Below, one piece after another: positions 58,787 through 64,000 of a DNA stretch of 64,000 bases (the stretch's first letter is position 1; every line of letters starts with the position of its first letter). The position numbers and the translations under genes were made by a program. The stretch is from a bacterium (GTDB lineage: Bacteria > Patescibacteriota > Minisyncoccia > Phycocordibacterales > UBA6065): the NCBI GenBank assembly GCA_030680695.1, contig JAUXUT010000149.1, positions 103,801 to 167,800 on the forward strand, written 5' to 3'. The notes under the pieces were generated by a model. The model saw nothing but the letters and a program-made list of their open reading frames with translations, was not told the origin of the DNA and made no database searches.

Positions 58787-59272
58787 TTATTCTTTACAGC
58801 AATCTATGAGGCCTTTGACGATGTCTTCGTGGGACATTGTGGCTTTTTCGTTCATAGCATTCACCACATGCGGCGCCTGGATGATTTTTAGCCTAAGTGC
58901 AAAAAATACGTTGAAAGCTTTGTATGCATAGGCAAATGTTTCTTCGGCTTCTTTTTTCTTGCCAGATGATTGGAGTTTGGTGCCGACTTCCATGAGACGC
59001 ATGGTTGTGGAAAGGAGGTGTTTGGATATGCACCAGCTCTCACCCTCGGTCCTCTCGATCATACGTCCGAGCAGCGCCTTGCGCATTTCGCGCACCTCGT
59101 TCAACGTATCGTAATATTCTGACTTGCCCGTCTTTGCTCCTGTAAAGAAGAAATGTTCCTCGAGCGATATGAGGTTCATGATCGCAATGGCGAGATCTTC
59201 CTCGACCGATAGGTCAATACCGCTTTTCTTTGTTGCCTCGATTTTCGCGAGAAGTTCTTTGTAGTCTTTCAT
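58787..59272 (-). CDS. Conserved helical hypothetical protein with Cys/His motifs
   Basis: EDLAIAIMNLISLEEH, WCISKHLL, C-terminal DCCKE. Confidence 0.8.
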   Translation of the reverse strand: MKDYKELLAKIEATKKSGIDLSVEEDLAIAIMNLISLEEHFFFTGAKTGKSEYYDTLNEVREMRKALLGRMIERTEGESWCISKHLLSTTMRLMEVGTKLQSSGKKKEAEETFAYAYKAFNVFFALRLKIIQAPHVVNAMNEKATMSHEDIVKGLIDCCKE

Positions 59273-59279
59273 GTCTGTA

Positions 59280-59963
59280 TTATAAACTGATGAATAATGC
59301 CACAGCTATGGCGAGCAGGACGACGTCAAATATAATTCGGCCTTTCTTTGTTTCTATGCGGCGCAATCGATCTGCTTTTTCGAGGGCTGTCTTGCTCGTA
59401 GATGCAAGGAGAATAAGGATGAGCGGCAGGACAAACACTGCATTGTACACAAGCAGATATCCGAATCCTTGCCAGAACGTCGCCTGATCGTGCAAGAGGG
59501 AGAGCACGAAAAGATATGGCCCGCCCGTGCACGGAAACTCGAAGAGGCCAACGAGGATACCGAGCAGGAACGCCGCAGGCATGGTGCCTTTGCTGATGAT
59601 TTTCGCCAATATCGGATGACTCACCGTCGGCATTTTTAGCCTGATTGGAAAGGAAGGGAAGAATTCACCTGCGAGTCCGATTACACTGTACAAGCCGAGA
59701 ATCACCGCACCAATCTTACCCAAAGCATTCGGCACAGCGAGGATCGACAATACATGGAGTATTCCCAGTCCGATGAGGATATAGACGAAGGCGATACCCA
59801 AGACGTACAAACCTCCTGCTGCGAGGATATGTTTGCGACCCTTGTTAAGACTGAATAGGAAAGCAATGGAAAGGAAAAGCACCGAGAAGGCGCACGGGTT
59901 GATGCTGTCGGCTGCGGCCGCTCCAAGAATCACCGGAAGGAACCAGGTTTCGGTACCTGTCAT
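59280..59963 (-). CDS. CcdA/DsbD-like transmembrane electron transporter
   Basis: DSINPCAF and FEFPCTGGPY paired Cys motifs, YNAVFVLPL. Confidence 0.85.
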   Translation of the reverse strand: MTGTETWFLPVILGAAAADSINPCAFSVLFLSIAFLFSLNKGRKHILAAGGLYVLGIAFVYILIGLGILHVLSILAVPNALGKIGAVILGLYSVIGLAGEFFPSFPIRLKMPTVSHPILAKIISKGTMPAAFLLGILVGLFEFPCTGGPYLFVLSLLHDQATFWQGFGYLLVYNAVFVLPLILILLASTSKTALEKADRLRRIETKKGRIIFDVVLLAIAVALFISL

Positions 59964-60514
59964 ATGAGTGAACGGTTATGAGTCTTGTTGGTCTGAGCAC
60001 GTAGACGTAAGTATCGGACACCATATGTGACCAGACCATATGCCCCAAACAGCGACCATGAATACCAGATGTCGCCAGCTAATGCGTTGCGGAAGAACGG
60101 CAGTCCAGCCACCAGCGATGCGGTCAGTCCTTCGATACCCGGCGCGTAGGACGATCCGAAAAACCATACTGCCGCGTTGGTGATAAAGAAGAACAAGGTC
60201 GATCCAGCCATAGCGGCAAGTCCAATCGAAACTGGGTTTTTGCGATTACGTATGGCGAGGCCAAGCAATCCAGAAAGGGCCATAGCCGCGTATACCGTCG
60301 CATTCATTTGCCATGCGTAGAATCCGATGAATATGTCGCTTACCACCATAGCTGTCACAGGCACAATGAACGCGAATCGCGGTCCAAGATACGCACCCGC
60401 AAAAAGTCCAATCGCGATAATCGGCGTAAAGTTCCACGCGTGAGGCATCAATCGTCCAGCCACACCAAGGGCGACAAGAACCGTTGCGAGTATGATTTTA
60501 GTTCGAGTGCTCAT
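59960..60514 (-). CDS. DUF6580-like putative transporter (ECF S-component-like)
   Basis: RLMPHAWNFTPIIAIGLFAG...SDIFIG...FFFITN..VW...AGLPFFRN..GD; ~6 TMs. Confidence 0.8.
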   Translation of the reverse strand: MSTRTKIILATVLVALGVAGRLMPHAWNFTPIIAIGLFAGAYLGPRFAFIVPVTAMVVSDIFIGFYAWQMNATVYAAMALSGLLGLAIRNRKNPVSIGLAAMAGSTLFFFITNAAVWFFGSSYAPGIEGLTASLVAGLPFFRNALAGDIWYSWSLFGAYGLVTYGVRYLRLRAQTNKTHNRSLI

Positions 60515-61526
60515 GGTTTAAACCCTGGAAGGAAGTGAATGCAAGATATCTACGTATGAACTCCTCGATAGGTATGTCTAGTATTATAAGCGGGTCATCA
60601 ACAATTAGCTCTGTAGTCGTCTGTGTGACGGGCGTCGGTGTGGTCAATACACCCGTTTGTTCATTAGTCGTTGAATTAACCGCTGTTGGTGTCTGTCGGT
60701 TGCCGTGAGAAGAACCAGACGAGCCCGATGAACTCGATCCGTTGGTTGGTGTCTGGGCAGGTGCTGGCTCGGTGACGACTAGTATTTCTGCCGGATAGTA
60801 ATAATCCGATGCGATGCCGACGCTGTAAGTTCCAGGTACCGTAACAGCGATGCGAGCGATGCCGTCAGAGCCGCTTTTTCCTGAGAAGCGGACAAGAGGG
60901 GAGTATGGATCGTCTGGATTAGGTTGAGTTACGCCGATATCTGCACCAGAAAGAGGTTTCCATACGCCGTTCATGTGGTCATATGATTCAGCGAGAGCCT
61001 CGACAGTATTCGAAGCATTTATGTTGGACTGTGCGAGCGTCACTTTGCGAGGGCTTCCGAAGTAAAAATACACAGTGTCACCATTTGATAACACATATTT
61101 ATCTGATCCGATTGGTGGATATGTCGATCCGACGACATACTGCCAGTTTCCACAAGCATTACCAGATATGGCCGCGATGCTTATGCAATCAACAAAGAGC
61201 GAACCGAAGTCGGCATAGTATCGAAGTCCAGACAATGTGAATTCTGCAGACGCAGAATCAGCAGCTGCAAGCGCGGCGAGGGCACTGTTAGAAGGTATGT
61301 CGCGCAGATTTCCGCTATTGTCCAAAACTTGGGTAGTGACACCGGAATGGATCGATACCGGACCTTCCCACACGAGCGATGATTTGTGTCTGAGGTTCAC
61401 AGTCACTGATATCGATGGAGGGGACAGGGTTTCGATTGGTTCGGTAGAGCTCGCCGATTCATCGGCTATTACGTTGATAGGGGTAATTAAGAAGACTGAC
61501 AAAATCAGCGCGGTGATGGTTCTCAT
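60498..61526 (-). CDS. Secreted DUF4430 (transcobalamin C-terminal-like) domain protein
   Basis: Signal peptide; LFVDCI...WQYVVGSTYPPIGSDKYVLSNGDTVYFYF; Ig-like domain and S/T linker. Confidence 0.65.
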   Translation of the reverse strand: MRTITALILSVFLITPINVIADESASSTEPIETLSPPSISVTVNLRHKSSLVWEGPVSIHSGVTTQVLDNSGNLRDIPSNSALAALAAADSASAEFTLSGLRYYADFGSLFVDCISIAAISGNACGNWQYVVGSTYPPIGSDKYVLSNGDTVYFYFGSPRKVTLAQSNINASNTVEALAESYDHMNGVWKPLSGADIGVTQPNPDDPYSPLVRFSGKSGSDGIARIAVTVPGTYSVGIASDYYYPAEILVVTEPAPAQTPTNGSSSSGSSGSSHGNRQTPTAVNSTTNEQTGVLTTPTPVTQTTTELIVDDPLIILDIPIEEFIRRYLAFTSFQGLNHEHSN

Positions 61527-61647
61527 GAATCGATTGTAGCCCTTCCGCTATTCGGTTTCAATGTTTCGAAATCTTTAAACTATAGGGTAAAGAAAAGCGC
61601 AAGGCGTTCCGCCTTGCGCCGTGGTTCCCATGATGGTCTTGTGATGA

Positions 61648-61953
61648 CTAGGCCACCAGTTTCTTGTGCCTCAGATCGTGGAGAATCTTGCACGGCTCGA
61701 CGATGCGTGGATCAACGATGCGGTAAAAGATGTTGAGACCATTCCTGCGAGGCACCACAAGGCCATTATGGCGCATCAAGGCCAGGTGCTGGGACAGGTT
61801 CGCCTTTGGCAAACGTGTGGTTTTGCGCAATTCCTCTACAGAAGTCTCGCGTTTTTTGAGGATGTTGAGGATTTCGAGCCTTTTTGAGTTCGAAAGCAGT
61901 TTGTATATGAGCGCGTTCTTCTGGTACGCCTCCTTTGGCAGGGGAGATTTCAT
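61648..61953 (-). CDS. ArsR/SmtB family transcriptional regulator
   Basis: YKLLSNSKRLEILNIL...SVEEL...NLSQHLALMR...RNGLNIFY. Confidence 0.92.
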   Translation of the reverse strand: MKSPLPKEAYQKNALIYKLLSNSKRLEILNILKKRETSVEELRKTTRLPKANLSQHLALMRHNGLVVPRRNGLNIFYRIVDPRIVEPCKILHDLRHKKLVA

Positions 61954-62128
61954 AGTTTCGATAATGGAATACTTATGTCGACACTATACCATCCCCGTCA
62001 GGCGCTCGCCAGAGGCCTCGACATGACGACTTATCCCCGAATTTTTGACCTCATCCTTGCTGCTCTCGTGGACGCACGTGTATAATAGTTTCAATATTAC
62101 GAAATAACGAAATTAATCACACTTAGAC

Positions 62129-64000
62129 ATGGCGACACAGCAAACGAACCTGTGGGGCAAGGCGGATGACACGTCAGGAGCATCGCTCGTAAAAAGAGTG
62201 CAGAAGAGGAATGGCACCATCGTCGCATTCAACCGTGAGAAGATTGTAAGAGCCGTCGATCGAGCCATGCGCTCGGCACATGAAGGTTCTCTCGATGAAG
62301 CCGACAAAGTTGCTGATGCTGTCATTCGTGATATTGCATCCATCGCCATCAAGTACCGTACGTTCGTACCAACTGTAGAAGGTATTCAAGACACCGTTGA
62401 ACGAGAACTCATCATTGGTCAGTATGCTCAGGCAGCAAAAGCCTTCATCTTGTACAGGAACGAGCGCGCCAAGGCGCGCCAAACGCGTCGCGAAGTGCCT
62501 GAAGGTGTTAAACGCCTCGCCGAAGAGAGCAAGAAGCACTTCAAAAATCCGCTCGGTGAATTTGTTTACTATCGAACATATGCTCGATGGATTGAATCTG
62601 AATCGCGCCGCGAAACCTGGGTCGAGACAGTGGATCGATACATAGGATTCATGAAAGAAAATCTCGGCGAGAAACTCACAGAAGCAGAATACGCGGAAGT
62701 ACGCGAGGCCATCTTGCGCCAAGAAGTGATGCCATCGATGCGTTTGCTCCAATTTGCCGGACCAGCCGCAAGAAAAACTAATGTCTGCGCGTATAACTGC
62801 TCGTTCATCGCACCTGAAAGTTATCGCGACCTCGCCGAAATCATGTACGTGTCTATGTGTGGCACTGGTGTCGGATGGTCGGTCGAGAGCAGAAACGTAC
62901 AGAAGTTTGATCAGATCAAGTTCCAGACGGGCAAGAAGCGTCCAACACACGTTGTTGCCGACAGTAAGGAAGGTTGGGCCGACTCCCTTGTTGCAGGCAT
63001 GGACGCATGGGTTGGCGGTGAAGACATCGAATTCGACTTCAGTCTTTTGCGTCCTTCTGGTGCGCGCCTAAAAACTATGGGAGGCAAGGCGTCTGGTCCA
63101 GAGCCGCTCAAGAGGCTTCTTGCTTTCGCTCGCCAGAAGATGCTCGCCAGCCAGGGCAAGCGCCTGCGCAACATCGATGTTCACGACATTATTTGCATGA
63201 TCGGCGATTGCGTCGTTTCTGGTGGAGTGAGGCGCAGCGCCATGATTTCGCTCTCGGACCTTGATGACACTGACATCCGCGACTCCAAAAAAGGTGCGTT
63301 TTATACGACCGAATCCCAGCGAATGCTCGCCAACAACTCGGCTGTATATCTGTCCAAGCCAACTAACGTCGAGTTCATGGAAGAATGGATCGCACTCATG
63401 AAATCTGGGTCCGGTGAGCGAGGAATATTCAACCGCGGATCGCTTGCGGCCACATTGCCTGCGCGTCGCATCGAACACCTCAAAACCTATGACGGATATT
63501 TTGACGCCTCCGGCTCGATCATCGGACCTTTGGGCACCAATCCGTGCGGCGAAATTATTTTGCAGTCCAAACAGTTCTGTAACTTGTCTGAAGTTGTGGC
63601 TCGTAAGGGCGACACCCGCGAAGATCTTCTGCGCAAGGCGCGTCTTGCCGCCATCATCGGCACATATCAAGCGACACTCACAAATTTCCAATACTTGTCT
63701 AGGGAGTGGAAGGATCATTGCGAGGCCGAAAGATTGCTCGGTGTATCTGTGACCGGCCTTTGGGACTGTCACGAAGCGCGCGACCCAGACAGTCTGCGAG
63801 CAATGCGTGAAGAATCAGTACGGGCCAATGCCGAATATTCCGCAAAGTTTGGTATCAACGCGTCTACATGCGTTACCTGCGTTAAACCATCAGGCACAGT
63901 GTCGCAAACCGTAGATTGTTCGTCTGGCATGCACCCTCGCCATGCGCCTTATTACATCCGACGTGTGCGTATTGCCGCTACTGATTCACTATTCAAGATG
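62129..64000 (+). CDS. nrdJ: Class II (adenosylcobalamin-dependent) ribonucleotide reductase with N-terminal ATP cone (partial; absent from ORF track)
   Basis: ATG 62129: VQKRNGTIVAFNREKI (ATP cone), YRTYARW, RRETW, MPSMR, AYNCS, GGVRRSAMISL, GTNPCGEI, TCVKPSGTVS; motifs checked are in frame. Confidence 0.93.
   Translation, partial: MATQQTNLWGKADDTSGASLVKRVQKRNGTIVAFNREKIVRAVDRAMRSAHEGSLDEADKVADAVIRDIASIAIKYRTFVPTVEGIQDTVERELIIGQYAQAAKAFILYRNERAKARQTRREVPEGVKRLAEESKKHFKNPLGEFVYYRTYARWIESESRRETWVETVDRYIGFMKENLGEKLTEAEYAEVREAILRQEVMPSMRLLQFAGPAARKTNVCAYNCSFIAPESYRDLAEIMYVSMCGTGVGWSVESRNVQKFDQIKFQTGKKRPTHVVADSKEGWADSLVAGMDAWVGGEDIEFDFSLLRPSGARLKTMGGKASGPEPLKRLLAFARQKMLASQGKRLRNIDVHDIICMIGDCVVSGGVRRSAMISLSDLDDTDIRDSKKGAFYTTESQRMLANNSAVYLSKPTNVEFMEEWIALMKSGSGERGIFNRGSLAATLPARRIEHLKTYDGYFDASGSIIGPLGTNPCGEIILQSKQFCNLSEVVARKGDTREDLLRKARLAAIIGTYQATLTNFQYLSREWKDHCEAERLLGVSVTGLWDCHEARDPDSLRAMREESVRANAEYSAKFGINASTCVTCVKPSGTVSQTVDCSSGMHPRHAPYYIRRVRIAATDSLFKM

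Noticed and set aside
61527-62128. Cobalamin riboswitch or NrdR boxes
   Set aside because: No B12-box/GGGAA-GCCACTG pattern or tandem NrdR consensus; 61598-61620 is a plain terminator after arsR.
62113-63772. Several tracked ORFs on both strands at the window end
   Set aside because: All are shadows of the nrdJ frame starting at 62129, which the track omits because it has no stop within the window.

Overview
64-kb chromosomal window from a small-genome bacterium that looks like Patescibacteria/CPR (Parcubacteria-like). This is inferred from gene content and style: type IV pilin-like genes, gatCA, short prfB, tRNAs without encoded CCA, weak or absent Shine-Dalgarno sites, and TGA used as stop. 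Housekeeping genes are ligA, gatC/gatA, prfB, ftsE/ftsX, DEAD-box helicase, ABC-F, lexA, Pif1-like helicase, radC, rnj, secG, a PgsA-like enzyme, lemA/htpX, a partial class II ribonucleotide reductase and 7 tRNAs. No rRNA, CRISPR array, prophage or intact transposase was seen. Most notable: (1) an orphan PemK/MazF-fold toxin with no protein antitoxin, whose 3' end is overlapped by a predicted ~50-nt antisense RNA with its own promoter, cUUCGg and GNRA tetraloops and a terminator-like end, i.e. a candidate RNA antitoxin; (2) four promoters sharing TTGACAA...GGGTGTATAAT that fire only into non-coding hairpins; (3) an ice-binding domain fused to a class F sortase through an LPxTG-like motif; (4) a GH8/GT-C/BcsA-like/GH6 glucan locus without BcsB or PilZ; (5) an ArsR gene and a putative cobalamin-capture/thiol-redox operon divergent from B12-dependent nrdJ, sharing a candidate palindromic operator; (6) mirror-image copies of tRNA 3' ends and several unassigned structured RNAs. 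All family calls come from motif recognition by eye, not database searches.
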